DNA from: a virus
Direction: 5' to 3' (one strand)
IMG/VR virus record: IMGVR_UViG_3300036859_000309
Coordinates: 4,814-68,813 of that record
Length of the DNA stretch: 64,000 bases
Shown: one piece after another, positions 1 through 9,979 of the stretch
Numbering within the stretch: the first letter of the stretch is position 1
Layout: each line of letters begins with the position of its first letter
The notes under the pieces: model-generated
Databases searched by the model: none
What the model saw: the letters and a program-made list of their open reading frames with translations, nothing else
What the model was told of the DNA's origin: nothing
Translations under genes and position numbers: made by a program

Positions 1-6
1 GGTGAA

Positions 7-216
7 GTGCTGTTTGCCGACGACGGCGGCATCTCGATCGACATGTCGACCGAAGCGTCGGTGCAGATGGACGACGCGCCGGCGGCCGGTGCGCAGTCGC
101 TGGTCAGCCTCTGGCAGAACAACCTCATCGGTATTCGTGCCGAGCGCTACATCAACTGGGCGCCGCGCCGCACGGGCAGCCTGGGCCAGGTTCTCATCGA
201 GAACGTGAACTACTGA
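7..216 (+). CDS. Major capsid protein, C-terminal fragment (HK97 fold); gene starts before the window
   Basis: SLWQNNLIGIRAERYINW is a typical HK97-family capsid C-terminus. Confidence 0.85.
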   Translation: MLFADDGGISIDMSTEASVQMDDAPAAGAQSLVSLWQNNLIGIRAERYINWAPRRTGSLGQVLIENVNY

Positions 217-278
217 TCCAGGTCAGGTGAACACTCCCCGGCGGCTTCGGCTGCCGGGGAGGCCCCCAATTCCGGAGA

Positions 279-722
279 ATGCATATGCTCTACAAGACCA
301 GAGTCATGGTTGCGCTGGCGGATTTTCCGCACGGCGCCGACCTCCTGCGCCAAGGCGATACGTTCATCGCGACGGAGATCGACGCCCAGTACTACCTGTC
401 GCGCAAGAAGGCCAAGGTCGCGGAAGAGCCGGCACTGGCACCGACGCACGCGGCGACCCCAGCACCAGCGCCAGCACCCGCTCCGGCCTCAGAGCCAGAG
501 CCCCAGCCGGAACAGCAGGCCGACCCAGTCGATGACTCGGCGCCCATGGATACGACGGTGGGCGCCCCCGCTGCAGCGGCAGACAACGTGCCGGCAGCGG
601 AATCGCAGCCGGTCGACCAGGAGCAGAGCCCTTCCGTTGCCGAAGCACCAGCGCCAGCGCCGGCTCCCATCGCCCCGCGCCGCGGTCGTGGGCGCCAATC
701 GGCCAGCACGGCGAAAGAGTAA
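279..722 (+). CDS. Hypothetical protein with Pro/Ala-rich low-complexity tail
   Basis: GGAG RBS upstream; lies between capsid and portal. Confidence 0.7.
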   Translation: MHMLYKTRVMVALADFPHGADLLRQGDTFIATEIDAQYYLSRKKAKVAEEPALAPTHAATPAPAPAPAPASEPEPQPEQQADPVDDSAPMDTTVGAPAAAADNVPAAESQPVDQEQSPSVAEAPAPAPAPIAPRRGRGRQSASTAKE

Positions 723-725
723 GCG

Positions 726-2129
726 GTGCGCTTCCTCGGCCTGCAACTGACTCGCGCGCGGCCTGCAGAGGTCGCGGACGAACTCGTTCCCACTGGTCAG
801 AAGGCAGCGGTGTCCCCGCTCAGCTTTCGCGATGTGTGGGGCAAGGTGTACGAGTCGTTCGCGGGCGCCTGGCAGCGCAATATCACGATCGACAACAAGG
901 AGTCGATCCTCGCCTTCAGCGCGGTGTACGCGTGCGTGACCCGCATCGCGAACGACATCGCGAAGATGCGCATCATGCTGACGGAGACCCAACCCGACGG
1001 CACCTGGTTGGAAGTCGGCGAGTCGCCGTACTGGAAGGCGCTGAAGAAGCCGAACGCCTACCAGAACCGCATCCAGTTCCTGATCGACTGGATCTGCATG
1101 AAGCTGATCCACGGCAATGCCTACATCCTGAAGGAGCGCGAGGAGGGCCGCGGCCTGGTCAAGGCCCTCTACGTCTTGGACTCGCGCCGCGTGAAGCCCC
1201 TGGTCACCGAAGACGGCTCGGTCTATTACCAGATCTCCAGCGACCAGCTCGCAGGCCTGCAGCATGGCGCGACACTTCCGGCGAGCGAGATCATCCATGA
1301 TCGCTGCCCGACGCTATGGCACCCGCTTTGCGGCGTGCCGCCGATCTATGCCTGCGCGCGCTCGGCGACGCAGGGCAACCGCATCCAGACCAACAGCGCA
1401 ACCTTCTTCGACAACATGAGCCGGCCCAGCGGCATCCTGACCGCACCCGGGTTGATCGACGATGTCACTGCCGTCCGTCTGAAGCAGGATTGGGAACAGA
1501 ACTTTGGCGGTGGCAACCTCGGCCGCTTGGCTGTGGCGGGAAACGACCTCAAGTACATCCCGATCACGATCCCGGCCGAGCAAGCGCAACTCATCCAGCA
1601 GCTGAACTGGACGGTTGAAGATGTGGCTCGCGCCTTTGGCATGCCGCTCTACAAGATCAACAGCGGCCCGGTACCTACCAGCAACAATGTCGAGGCGCTG
1701 CAGCAGCAGTACTACACCGACTGCCTGCAGGTGCTGATCGAATCGATCGAGCTGTGCCTTGACGAAGGCCTGGCGCTGCCCACCAAGTACGGTACCCGCA
1801 TGGATCTCGACGGCCTCGTGCGCATGGACAGCACGGCGCAGATCGACTTCCTGGAGAAGGCGGTCAAGGGGATCATGTCGGCCGACGAGGCGCGCAAGAA
1901 GATCAACCTGCCGCCGACACCTGGCGGCAGGAACGTGCTCACGCAGCAGCAGAACTACTCGCTCGGTGCGCTGGCCAAGCGCGATGCGAAAGAGGATCCG
2001 TTCTCAGCAGCAAAGCCGACAGCCGCGGCGCCGGCGCCCAATGCCGCAGATCCAGATGGCGAAGCGGCTGCTGCCGCGCAAGCGCGCGAGCTGATAGCCG
2101 AAATCCGCAAGGGGTTCGAACTTGCCTGA
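726..2129 (+). CDS. Phage portal protein, HK97 family
   Basis: AVYACVTRIANDIAKM, PNAYQ, HGNAY, VARAFGMP motifs; 467 aa. Confidence 0.95.
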   Translation: MRFLGLQLTRARPAEVADELVPTGQKAAVSPLSFRDVWGKVYESFAGAWQRNITIDNKESILAFSAVYACVTRIANDIAKMRIMLTETQPDGTWLEVGESPYWKALKKPNAYQNRIQFLIDWICMKLIHGNAYILKEREEGRGLVKALYVLDSRRVKPLVTEDGSVYYQISSDQLAGLQHGATLPASEIIHDRCPTLWHPLCGVPPIYACARSATQGNRIQTNSATFFDNMSRPSGILTAPGLIDDVTAVRLKQDWEQNFGGGNLGRLAVAGNDLKYIPITIPAEQAQLIQQLNWTVEDVARAFGMPLYKINSGPVPTSNNVEALQQQYYTDCLQVLIESIELCLDEGLALPTKYGTRMDLDGLVRMDSTAQIDFLEKAVKGIMSADEARKKINLPPTPGGRNVLTQQQNYSLGALAKRDAKEDPFSAAKPTAAAPAPNAADPDGEAAAAAQARELIAEIRKGFELA

Positions 2130-2170
2130 GGCTCCGCGCCCCTCGGCGACCCCGGCACTACGCCGCTGAC

Positions 2171-3529
2171 GTGTCCTTTGAAGAACACCTGAAAGCCAAC
2201 CGCATGGACATCAAGCAACTCGGAGCCGAGGTCGTGAGGGCATGCCGGGAATTCGTCGAACAGAAGTTCGGCGTCCTCTCCAAGCAGCTCGACGAACTCA
2301 AGTTTCGCCTCGATGCGTTGCCGATGCCCAAGGACGGGTCTCCCGGCCGCGACGGCGTGGATGGCAAGGATGGACCACCCGGAGCTGACGGCCAGAAGGG
2401 CGAGCCTGGACCTGACGGGGCGCCCGGCCGTGACGGCAAGGACGGTGCGCCTGGAGAGGCTGGCGTCAAGGGAGATGTCGGGCCTGAGGGAGCACCGGGT
2501 CGCGATGGCGCGCCAGGCGAGCGCGGCGAAGCGGGCGAGAAGGGCGCGGATGGGCTCCGGGGTGAACAGGGGCCGCGCGGAGAGAAGGGCGACCCCGGCG
2601 AAGCTGGCCAGCGTGGGGAAAAAGGCGAACGAGGCGAGCCCGGCATGGCCGGGGCCGATGGGCTGCCAGGAAAAGACGGGGTCCCTGGTGCCGACGGGGA
2701 ACGGGGCGAGCGTGGCGAGAAGGGTGATCCTGGCGAAAAGGGAGAGAAAGGCGATCGGGGGGAGCGCGGCGAGCCCGGTCTTCCCGGAGAAGCTGGCACC
2801 CCTGGTGAACGCGGCCTGCCGGGCGAGAGGGGCATGGACGGCAAGAGCATCACGGTCGATGACGTTGAGCCGGTGCTCGCTGTAATTGTCGAGAAGGCCG
2901 TCGCGGCCCTGCCGAAGGCGAAGGACGGCGAGAGCGTGCCAATCGACCAGGTGCAACGCATGATCGATGAGGCCGTCGCCAAGGCGATGGCTGCGGTGCG
3001 CATCCCCAAGGACGGCGAGCACGGCCGCGACGCTCTGGACATCGAGATCCTGCCGGCGATCAACGAAAGTCGGCGGTACGCGCGCGGCACCTACGCCAGC
3101 CACAACGGTGGCCTTTGGCGCGCGATGCGATCGACGGAGGGCATGGACGGCTGGGAGTGCATCGTCGACGGTGACCACGAGGACACGATCGAGCTCGGCG
3201 CCGATCTCCGAACTTTCACCCTGCGCAAGGTCAAGAGCAGCGGCCGGGTGATGGAAAAGGCGTTCACCGTGCCGGTGATGATCTACCGCGGCGTGTTCAA
3301 GGCCGACCAGACATACGAGCCTGGCGACGCAGTGACATGGGATGGCGCAGTGTGGATCGCACAGGCCAAGAACAGCGACAAGCCGCCGGCTGAGAGCTGG
3401 CGCTTGGCCGTCAAGCGCGCAATGGACGGGCGCAACGGTCTGAGGGGCGAGAAGGGCGAGCGCGGCGCCCTCGGGCGCGCCGGCCGCGATCTCACGCAGA
3501 TTGATCCTGCCACGGGCACGAAGTGGTGA
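2171..3529 (+). CDS. Collagen-like (Gly-X-Y) head-associated protein
   Basis: About 57 consecutive G-X-Y triplets (nt ~2336-2848); C-terminal YRGVF..YEPGDAVTWDG.VW module; directly after portal. Confidence 0.8.
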   Translation: MSFEEHLKANRMDIKQLGAEVVRACREFVEQKFGVLSKQLDELKFRLDALPMPKDGSPGRDGVDGKDGPPGADGQKGEPGPDGAPGRDGKDGAPGEAGVKGDVGPEGAPGRDGAPGERGEAGEKGADGLRGEQGPRGEKGDPGEAGQRGEKGERGEPGMAGADGLPGKDGVPGADGERGERGEKGDPGEKGEKGDRGERGEPGLPGEAGTPGERGLPGERGMDGKSITVDDVEPVLAVIVEKAVAALPKAKDGESVPIDQVQRMIDEAVAKAMAAVRIPKDGEHGRDALDIEILPAINESRRYARGTYASHNGGLWRAMRSTEGMDGWECIVDGDHEDTIELGADLRTFTLRKVKSSGRVMEKAFTVPVMIYRGVFKADQTYEPGDAVTWDGAVWIAQAKNSDKPPAESWRLAVKRAMDGRNGLRGEKGERGALGRAGRDLTQIDPATGTKW

Positions 3530-4143
3530 TGTGGACCGTCCCCCCGCTTTGGCGCGGCCGAACCGTGGCCATCCTGGCCAGCGGGCCCAGCATGTCTCAG
3601 GAAGTGGCCGACCTGGTGCGATCGGCCGGCATCAGGGCCATTGCCATAAACAACACCTACCGGCTCGCGCCTTGGGCAGACATGCTCTACGCCGCAGACG
3701 CGCAGTGGTGGCGCGAGCACCCGTCGGCGCAGGAATTTCCAGGTCTGCGGGTCAGCGTTTCGGCGATGCCTGGGGTGCACCAGCTGCAGAACACCGGCAC
3801 CGAAGGTTTCGAGCCGCATCGGATGGGTGTGCGCACCGGAGGCAACAGCGGGTACCAGGCGCTTCACATCGCGATCCACGGCGAGGCTCAGCGCATCCTG
3901 CTGTGTGGCTTCGACATGAGCAACCGCGGCGGCTTGCACTGGCATGGCGCGCATCCAGCGCCGCTGCGCAACACGGACGACCATTCCTATACCCGATGGG
4001 TGGCGCGTTTCGCCGCCCTGAAGGACATCGGCCCCGAGATCATAAATTGCACCCCCGGCTCGGCGATCACCTGCTTCCCGAGCATGGACCTCCACGAGGC
4101 GCTGGACCATGAACATCACAGTCGTCACGCCGCCGCTGTTTGA
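3529..4143 (+). CDS. Maf/DUF115-like or sialyltransferase-like (GT42/GT29-type fold) protein
   Basis: ILASGPS, AINN, YAAD, NSGYQA and LCGFD motifs; start overlaps the collagen gene stop. Confidence 0.6.
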   Translation: MWTVPPLWRGRTVAILASGPSMSQEVADLVRSAGIRAIAINNTYRLAPWADMLYAADAQWWREHPSAQEFPGLRVSVSAMPGVHQLQNTGTEGFEPHRMGVRTGGNSGYQALHIAIHGEAQRILLCGFDMSNRGGLHWHGAHPAPLRNTDDHSYTRWVARFAALKDIGPEIINCTPGSAITCFPSMDLHEALDHEHHSRHAAAV

Positions 4144-4765
4144 GCCGGTGACGGTTGCGGAGGCTGCACAGCATCTGCGCTGGGACCCGGAGCTCGAAGG
4201 CTCGCCCCCGGAGGAGGTCTTTCCGCTGCAGTCACTGCTCGAGCGCAACATCCGCACCGCCCGCGAGTTCGTAGAGAAGGGCACGCGCCGCGCGCTGGTA
4301 GAGCAGACCATTCGTCTTTCCGGCAGCGCTTGGGGCTCCGCGCCGGGCGGCCGCTTCCGCGATTGCCGGCGCTATGTCGAGCTGCTGCGGCCGCCGCTCA
4401 TCGAGGTCTTGTCGCTCCAGTACTACGACGGAGCCAACGTGCTGCAGACGGTCGATCCGGCCAACTACTACGTGAGCGACGACCTGGTGCCGCGCCTTTA
4501 CACCAGCACGGGCTACGCGTTCCCGATGTTCTATGAGCGCGACGACGCGGTTCGGGTGACCTATCGGGTGGGCTACGCGCCGGAAGCGGCGTCACCGATG
4601 ACCCAGAAGGCCGCGGCCGCCAACGTGCCGTCGATGCTGAAGGACGCGATCCTGCTGCATGTGCAGATCTTGTCGGATCGCTTCGACCGGAACGAGCGCG
4701 AGGACCTGGAGCGCGCGCGGGACGCGTTGATCACCCACAACCGCGTGCACACGTTCTCTGCATGA
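4109..4765 (+). CDS. Head-tail connector (gp6-like)
   Basis: EPVTVAEAAQHLR ... VPSMLKDAILL motifs; position. Confidence 0.85.
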   Translation: MNITVVTPPLFEPVTVAEAAQHLRWDPELEGSPPEEVFPLQSLLERNIRTAREFVEKGTRRALVEQTIRLSGSAWGSAPGGRFRDCRRYVELLRPPLIEVLSLQYYDGANVLQTVDPANYYVSDDLVPRLYTSTGYAFPMFYERDDAVRVTYRVGYAPEAASPMTQKAAAANVPSMLKDAILLHVQILSDRFDRNEREDLERARDALITHNRVHTFSA

Positions 4766-5130
4766 GCAGCTACGTCCAGGCCCAGAAGCTCAATCGGCGC
4801 ATCACGATCGAGCGCAAGACCACGGCGAAGGACTCCTTCGGCCAGACGCAGATGGTGTGGCTGCTCGTGTGCAAGATGTGGGCGGCGGAGAAGTCGATCA
4901 CCGGTAGCGGCTTCGTGAACCAGGAGTTCGCGACCGCCGGCACCGAGGTGAGCCGTGCGACGGCCAGTTTCCGGGTGCGCCGGCGTGCCGGCATCAGTGC
5001 AGGCATGCGGGTGGTCGAGCGTCGCAAGGGTTGGCCGACTACCTATTACGACATCAAGGTGGTGCTGCCCGACCTGCAGGACGGACGGTTCATGGATCTC
5101 GGCGTCGCCACCGGGGCAAACGAGGGCTGA
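4762..5130 (+). CDS. Head closure / head-tail adaptor
   Basis: LNRRITIE..D.FG....W; GISAGMRV; YDIKVVLPD. Confidence 0.85.
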   Translation: MSSYVQAQKLNRRITIERKTTAKDSFGQTQMVWLLVCKMWAAEKSITGSGFVNQEFATAGTEVSRATASFRVRRRAGISAGMRVVERRKGWPTTYYDIKVVLPDLQDGRFMDLGVATGANEG

Positions 5131-5132
5131 TC

Positions 5133-5681
5133 ATGGCAAACGGGCGCAACCCGCGGCGGCGCCTCGGCCGAGGTTCTAGGCCGTCCGGCCCGGCGACCTT
5201 CCGGAAGGACACGATCGACATCGGCATTGTCAGCAACGTCACAGAATCGCTGGCAGCCCTGGAGGCTGGTATTCGCGAGAAGGTGCTGCGGTCGGCAGCG
5301 CGCGCCGGCGCCCTGGTCTTCTACACCGAGATGCGCCTCCGGGTGCCGGTGAAGTCCGGCGAGCTCTACAAGGCCATCTACCACTACCACGACGACAAGG
5401 GCTCAACCGGCGCGCGGCAGACCTACTTCGTCGGCCCGAACAAGGTCAAGGCACCGCACTGGCACCAGGTCGAGTTTGGGCATTGGCAGGTCAACGTGGT
5501 GGTGAGGCTGCCGAACGGCCGGCTCGCCGCGACCAAGGAGCGCTTGGCGACGCCGAAGTGGATTCCTGCGAACCCCTATGTGCGGCCGACCTGGGAAGCG
5601 AAGAAGAACGCCGCGCTCTCCGCCTCCAAGCTGCGCATGGGTGAGCGGCTGAAGGAACTAATGAGGGAACTGCAATCATGA
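5133..5681 (+). CDS. HK97 gp10-like neck protein
   Basis: PVKSGELYKAI, HQVEFG, PANPYVRP motifs. Confidence 0.85.
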   Translation: MANGRNPRRRLGRGSRPSGPATFRKDTIDIGIVSNVTESLAALEAGIREKVLRSAARAGALVFYTEMRLRVPVKSGELYKAIYHYHDDKGSTGARQTYFVGPNKVKAPHWHQVEFGHWQVNVVVRLPNGRLAATKERLATPKWIPANPYVRPTWEAKKNAALSASKLRMGERLKELMRELQS

Positions 5682-6034
5682 CCGTGCCAGCCCTCGTGTC
5701 TGCACTGGAGCCGTTGTTCGCCGGCGGCGTGTGGCCGCTGCGGGCCGACCAGGGCACCCCTATGCCGTACCTGACGTTCCAGCGGGTCGGTGGCCAACCT
5801 TCGAACACCTTCTGCGGCAATACCGACAAGGAGAACGGTCGTTGGCAGTTCAACGCCTGGGCCAGAACCTCGGAGCAAGCCGACTCGCTGATGAAGCAGG
5901 TGAAGGCGATCGTTTGCGACCAGGCAACCTTCTGCGGCGTATCGCTCGGCGAGCGCGAATGGGTCGAAGGCTACGACACGCGCACCTTCGGCGCCCGTCA
6001 GGACTTTTCCATCTGGTGGGCTACCACCGGATGA
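5678..6034 (+). CDS. Tail terminator (DUF3168-like)
   Basis: PYLTFQRVGG ... QFNAWA ... DFSIW. Confidence 0.8.
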   Translation: MTVPALVSALEPLFAGGVWPLRADQGTPMPYLTFQRVGGQPSNTFCGNTDKENGRWQFNAWARTSEQADSLMKQVKAIVCDQATFCGVSLGEREWVEGYDTRTFGARQDFSIWWATTG

Positions 6035-6573
6035 TGAAAGCCGCAGAGAAGTGCTGCTCGAGGTGCGGCGACGTGAAGGCGATGGATCAGTTCGGTCTCC
6101 ACAAAGGGAAGCCGCACACGTATTGCAAGGCATGTCGGCGGCTGGAATGCGCAGAGTGGCGCGCGCGCAATAAGGGCTACCGAGCAGCGTACTACGCCAA
6201 GAACGCAGCTGCAGAGAACAGCCGCCCGCGTCCCGACAAGAAGGCCTACTGCGAACGGAATCGGGAAACGATCAACCAACGGTCATTGGCGTGGGCAAAG
6301 GCAAACCCGGGGAAAGCGGCTGCGAGAGCTATGCGTCGGATTGCGACTGCAAAGCGGGCGACGCCACTCTGGGCATCCAAGGAACGCATTGATGCCGTTT
6401 ACGCGCTTGCGGCACGCCTGACGCGAGAAACCGGCGTTTCGCACCACGTGGACCACATCGTTCCACTCACCAGCCGTCTGGTGTGTGGCCTACATGTTGA
6501 ATGGAACCTGCAGGTGCTTCCCGCGAGGGAGAACCTCGAAAAGAGCAATCGGAGCTGGCCACAAAAGCCATAG
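6031..6573 (+). CDS. HNH homing-type endonuclease
   Basis: N-terminal CxxC...CKAC; HVDHIVPL...VCGLHVEWNLQVL..ENLEKSN. Confidence 0.9.
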   Translation: MMKAAEKCCSRCGDVKAMDQFGLHKGKPHTYCKACRRLECAEWRARNKGYRAAYYAKNAAAENSRPRPDKKAYCERNRETINQRSLAWAKANPGKAAARAMRRIATAKRATPLWASKERIDAVYALAARLTRETGVSHHVDHIVPLTSRLVCGLHVEWNLQVLPARENLEKSNRSWPQKP

Positions 6574-6592
6574 ACCTCGACTGCACCAAGCT

Positions 6593-6623
6593 AGCCGCCA
6601 CGGGCAACCGTAGCGGCTTTTTT
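6593..6623 (+). terminator. Hairpin + U-tract upstream of major tail gene
   Basis: AGCCGC...GCGGCT followed by a T run. Confidence 0.6.
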
Positions 6624-6676
6624 CATGCCCTTTCCGGGCGATTGCAAGTGGCTGAAAGGCCCGAAAGGAAACTGCC

Positions 6677-7123
6677 ATGCCCTCCGAAGTAGTCCTCGTC
6701 CAGGGTCTCTCGATCCGCATCTCCAACAACGAAGTGACGGAGCTCAACCAGAGCCCGTCGCCGGCCTCGGCGGTACTCGATTGCATCGGCCGCGAGATCC
6801 AGTACCAAGGCGGTACCGCGACCGAGATCGACGTCACCACCTTCTGCTCGACCGCCAAGGAATTCCGCCTCGGCCTGGAGGACAGCGGCACCATGACGGT
6901 CTCCGGGCACTGGAAGCAAGGCAACGCCGCGCACGCGGTGATCCGGCAGGCGGCCGCCGACAAGCTCTCGCGCCTGATCGAGGTCGAGTTCGCAGACGGC
7001 TCAATCTTCCGATGCCTGGCCTTCGTGTCGCAGCGGTCCTGGTCAGCAGCCGTCGACGGCGTTGTCACCGCGACCTTCAACTTCCGCCTGACCGGCGCGA
7101 CCGAAGAGATCGACCCGGCCTGA
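6677..7123 (+). CDS. Major tail (tube) protein
   Basis: GGTATEIDVTTFCSTAKEFRLGLEDSG motif; AAAGGA RBS. Confidence 0.88.
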   Translation: MPSEVVLVQGLSIRISNNEVTELNQSPSPASAVLDCIGREIQYQGGTATEIDVTTFCSTAKEFRLGLEDSGTMTVSGHWKQGNAAHAVIRQAAADKLSRLIEVEFADGSIFRCLAFVSQRSWSAAVDGVVTATFNFRLTGATEEIDPA

Positions 7124-7128
7124 TACGC

Positions 7129-7893
7129 ATGCGCGCGCAATGCTCCCTGCCGGACGGCCCGAACTACCGCAAGGCAGAGTTCGTGGCCGGCCTCCGCGCG
7201 GCCGGCTACGAGGTCGAGGGTCGCATTGGACGCCCGACCCCGGCCGACATCCTGGTCATCTGGAATCGCACGGCGTCGCGCGAGCTCGAGGCGCTGCGCT
7301 TCGAGTATGCGGGCGCGCGGGTGTTGGTCTGCGAGAACGGCTACCTCGGCAAGGAGTGGCGCGGGCTCAAGTGGTTCGCCATGGCCTGGGGCCATCACCT
7401 GGGCGCCGGACTCTGGCCAGATTGCGGGCCCGAGCGTTGGGATTCCTGGGGCGTCGAGCTCTCGCCCTGGCGCACGAGCGGCCAGGAGACGGTAATCCTC
7501 GCGCAGCGCGGTATCGGCGAGCGCGGCATCGCATCGCCGCCGAACTGGGCGCAGGACGTGCAACGCCGCATCGGCGCCCGGATCCGGCAGCACCCTGGCG
7601 CGGAGGCGCCGGCGGTTCCGCTCAGCGAAGACCTGAAGGACGCTTCCTCCGTCGTGACCTTCCATAGCGCCGCGGCGCTGAAGGCGCTGATTCTCGGCGT
7701 CCCCGTCTGGCATGCGTTCGACCGATGGATCGGTGCGCGCGCGGCGCGGCCGCTATCGGAATTCGGCGGTGAGCCGAAGCGGGATGACGGTGATCGCCTC
7801 GCCATGTTCCGGCGGCTCGCCTGGGCGATGTGGAGCGTCGATGAAGTTCGAAGCGGCGAACCATTCCGGAGGCTCGCATGCATGTCCTCATGA
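7129..7893 (+). CDS. GT-B glycosyltransferase-like protein (KpsC/KpsS-like motifs)
   Basis: CENGYL, RQHP, VVTFHSAAALKALILGVPV. Confidence 0.65.
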   Translation: MRAQCSLPDGPNYRKAEFVAGLRAAGYEVEGRIGRPTPADILVIWNRTASRELEALRFEYAGARVLVCENGYLGKEWRGLKWFAMAWGHHLGAGLWPDCGPERWDSWGVELSPWRTSGQETVILAQRGIGERGIASPPNWAQDVQRRIGARIRQHPGAEAPAVPLSEDLKDASSVVTFHSAAALKALILGVPVWHAFDRWIGARAARPLSEFGGEPKRDDGDRLAMFRRLAWAMWSVDEVRSGEPFRRLACMSS

Positions 7894-8711
7894 CAGGAAA
7901 AGGGACCAGCGGCAGCTGGGCTATTCGCGGCGTGCAGCTCGGCCAGACGATCGGCGCCGCTGTCATCCCGAACGCGCTGGATGTTGCGCCATACGACCTC
8001 GCGGTGCTCGTGAAGCGACCGACGGCTGATCTGCTGCAGCGCCTGCGTCGGGCGAACGTTCGGATCATCTGGGACGTGGTGGACGCATATCCGCAGCCGG
8101 CCGGCAACGCATGGGGAAAGGAGCGCTGCCTCGACTGGCTGGAAGAGATGTTCGTGATGATCCAGCCGGCCGGGATCGTGGCGGCGACCGAGGCCATGGC
8201 GAACGACTGCACTCGCTTCGGAGTGCCTGTGCTGGCGCTTCCGCACCACGCGCGGCCAGGCCTGAGGGCCAATCCGGTGCGGCCGGTCAAGGTGGTGGGC
8301 TACGAAGGCGGGGAGCACTACCTCGGCTGGTGGCGCGAAGTGATCGAGGCGGAATGCGCCCGGCGCGGCTGGCAATTCGTGATGCAGCCGGCCGAGCTCG
8401 CGGACGTCGACATCGTGCTCGCGCTCCGAGACGCCTGTGGCTACGCGCCGCGGCACTGGAAAAGCAACGTGAAGCTGGCGAACGCCCAAGGCAGCGGGAC
8501 GCCGGTGATCTGCGGGCGTGAGGCCGGGTACCTCGAGACGCAGAGCGGCGCTGAGCGCTGGGCGGATACGCCAGAAGAGCTGACCGAGGCGTTCGATGCG
8601 CTGGAGCCGACCGAAGTGCGCTTCGCTGCCTCCCGTCTGCTGAAGGATGCCGCGCCGACCATCGATTCAATCGCGGAGACCTACCTTTCATGGCTTCGAT
8701 CGAAATTCTGA
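7878..8711 (+). CDS. GT-B glycosyltransferase-like protein
   Basis: IIWDVVD; KSNVKLANAQGSGTPVIC resembles the GT4-type nucleotide-binding segment. Confidence 0.65.
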   Translation: MHVLMTGKGTSGSWAIRGVQLGQTIGAAVIPNALDVAPYDLAVLVKRPTADLLQRLRRANVRIIWDVVDAYPQPAGNAWGKERCLDWLEEMFVMIQPAGIVAATEAMANDCTRFGVPVLALPHHARPGLRANPVRPVKVVGYEGGEHYLGWWREVIEAECARRGWQFVMQPAELADVDIVLALRDACGYAPRHWKSNVKLANAQGSGTPVICGREAGYLETQSGAERWADTPEELTEAFDALEPTEVRFAASRLLKDAAPTIDSIAETYLSWLRSKF

Positions 8712-9481
8712 GGGCGCGCCACCAATCGCCGACCGGCGAGGGGATGCTGAGGGCGCTGGCTGCGGCCGCTAAGGATGCCGGCGACCAGGTCACCGAGACC
8801 AGCAAGTTCAAGGGCGCCAGCGACTGGCTCGTTCTCTTCGGAGTCGGGGCCGACGTCAACAACCGGGCGCGCAAGGCGCAGATCGCGCGCGGCGCCCGCG
8901 CGCTGCTCTGGGACATGGGTTACATGGAACGGAAGAAGGTGGTCGGCCACTTGCGCATGTCGATCAACACGGACCATCCGCCGCAGTACTTGGACCAAAC
9001 CTCAGGCGACGCCAGTCGCTTCGATCCATTGGGCATCGCCCTGAGAGAGGACCACGACCCGGACGGCCCGATCCTGCTCATCGGCCTCGGTCGCAAGTCG
9101 CGCGCGTATCTCGGGCAGCCGAACTGGGAGGCCAAGAACTACGCAGCGCTGGCTGCGCGGTTCCCTGGGCGGCCAATCGTCTATCGGCCAAAGGGTGAGG
9201 ACGACCTCGTGCTGCCTTGCAAGAAAGACGGCACGACGCCAATCGAGGATCTGCTGCGCGGCGCCGCGCTGGTGGTGTGCAGGCACAGCAACGTCGCGGT
9301 AGATGCCGCGATCGCCGGCGTGCCATTCGAGGCAGAGGACGGTGCCGCGATGTGGCTGCAGCAGCGGGAGTTCACGCCCGAGAACCGACTGGAGTTTCTG
9401 CGCCGGCTGGCCTGGTGGCAGTGGAAATCGACCGAAGCGGCGCAGGCCTGGGCCTTCGCCAAGGGGATCACATGCGCTTGA
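8690..9481 (+). CDS. GT-B glycosyltransferase-like protein (KpsC/KpsS-like motifs), paralog of 7129-7893
   Basis: WDMGYM, YRPK, VVCRHSNVAVDAAIAGVP; shared C-terminal RL..LRRLAW.QW. Confidence 0.65.
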   Translation: MASIEILRARHQSPTGEGMLRALAAAAKDAGDQVTETSKFKGASDWLVLFGVGADVNNRARKAQIARGARALLWDMGYMERKKVVGHLRMSINTDHPPQYLDQTSGDASRFDPLGIALREDHDPDGPILLIGLGRKSRAYLGQPNWEAKNYAALAARFPGRPIVYRPKGEDDLVLPCKKDGTTPIEDLLRGAALVVCRHSNVAVDAAIAGVPFEAEDGAAMWLQQREFTPENRLEFLRRLAWWQWKSTEAAQAWAFAKGITCA

Positions 9482-9975
9482 ATATCGGATGCGGCGGCCG
9501 TCGGCTGCCTGGGTACACGGGCGTGGACGCTGTGGAGCGCCCGGCTGCGGACATCATCGCGCCAGCTCACAAGGTGCCACTCGCTGACGGTGTCGCCGAA
9601 GAGGTACTGGCAGTTCACTTGGTCGAGCACATCCTGCCTTGGGAACTCAAGGCGGCGCTCGCTGAATGGCATCGCCTGCTGCGGCCGCGTGGACTCCTGG
9701 TGCTCGAGCTTCCGGATCTGCTGAAGTGCTGCCGAAACATCTTGGACGGACGGGCGAAGGGCGGGAAGCACCCTGACCAGCTCGGAATGTGGGGCTTGTT
9801 CGGCGACAACCGCTACGAAGACCCTTACATGCTGCACCGCTGGGCCTACACCTTCTCGACGCTGGCGCCGATCGTCGAAGAGGCAGGCTTCACAAGCATC
9901 GTGGAACGGACCACGCAATTCCATCCCGCGGGGCGTGAGCATCGCGATTTCAGGCTCGAAGCGCGCAAGGCCTGA
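9472..9975 (+). CDS. Class I SAM-dependent methyltransferase
   Basis: RLNIGCG, HLVEH, EWHRLLRPRG motifs. Confidence 0.88.
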   Translation: MRLNIGCGGRRLPGYTGVDAVERPAADIIAPAHKVPLADGVAEEVLAVHLVEHILPWELKAALAEWHRLLRPRGLLVLELPDLLKCCRNILDGRAKGGKHPDQLGMWGLFGDNRYEDPYMLHRWAYTFSTLAPIVEEAGFTSIVERTTQFHPAGREHRDFRLEARKA

Positions 9976-9979
9976 AGGC

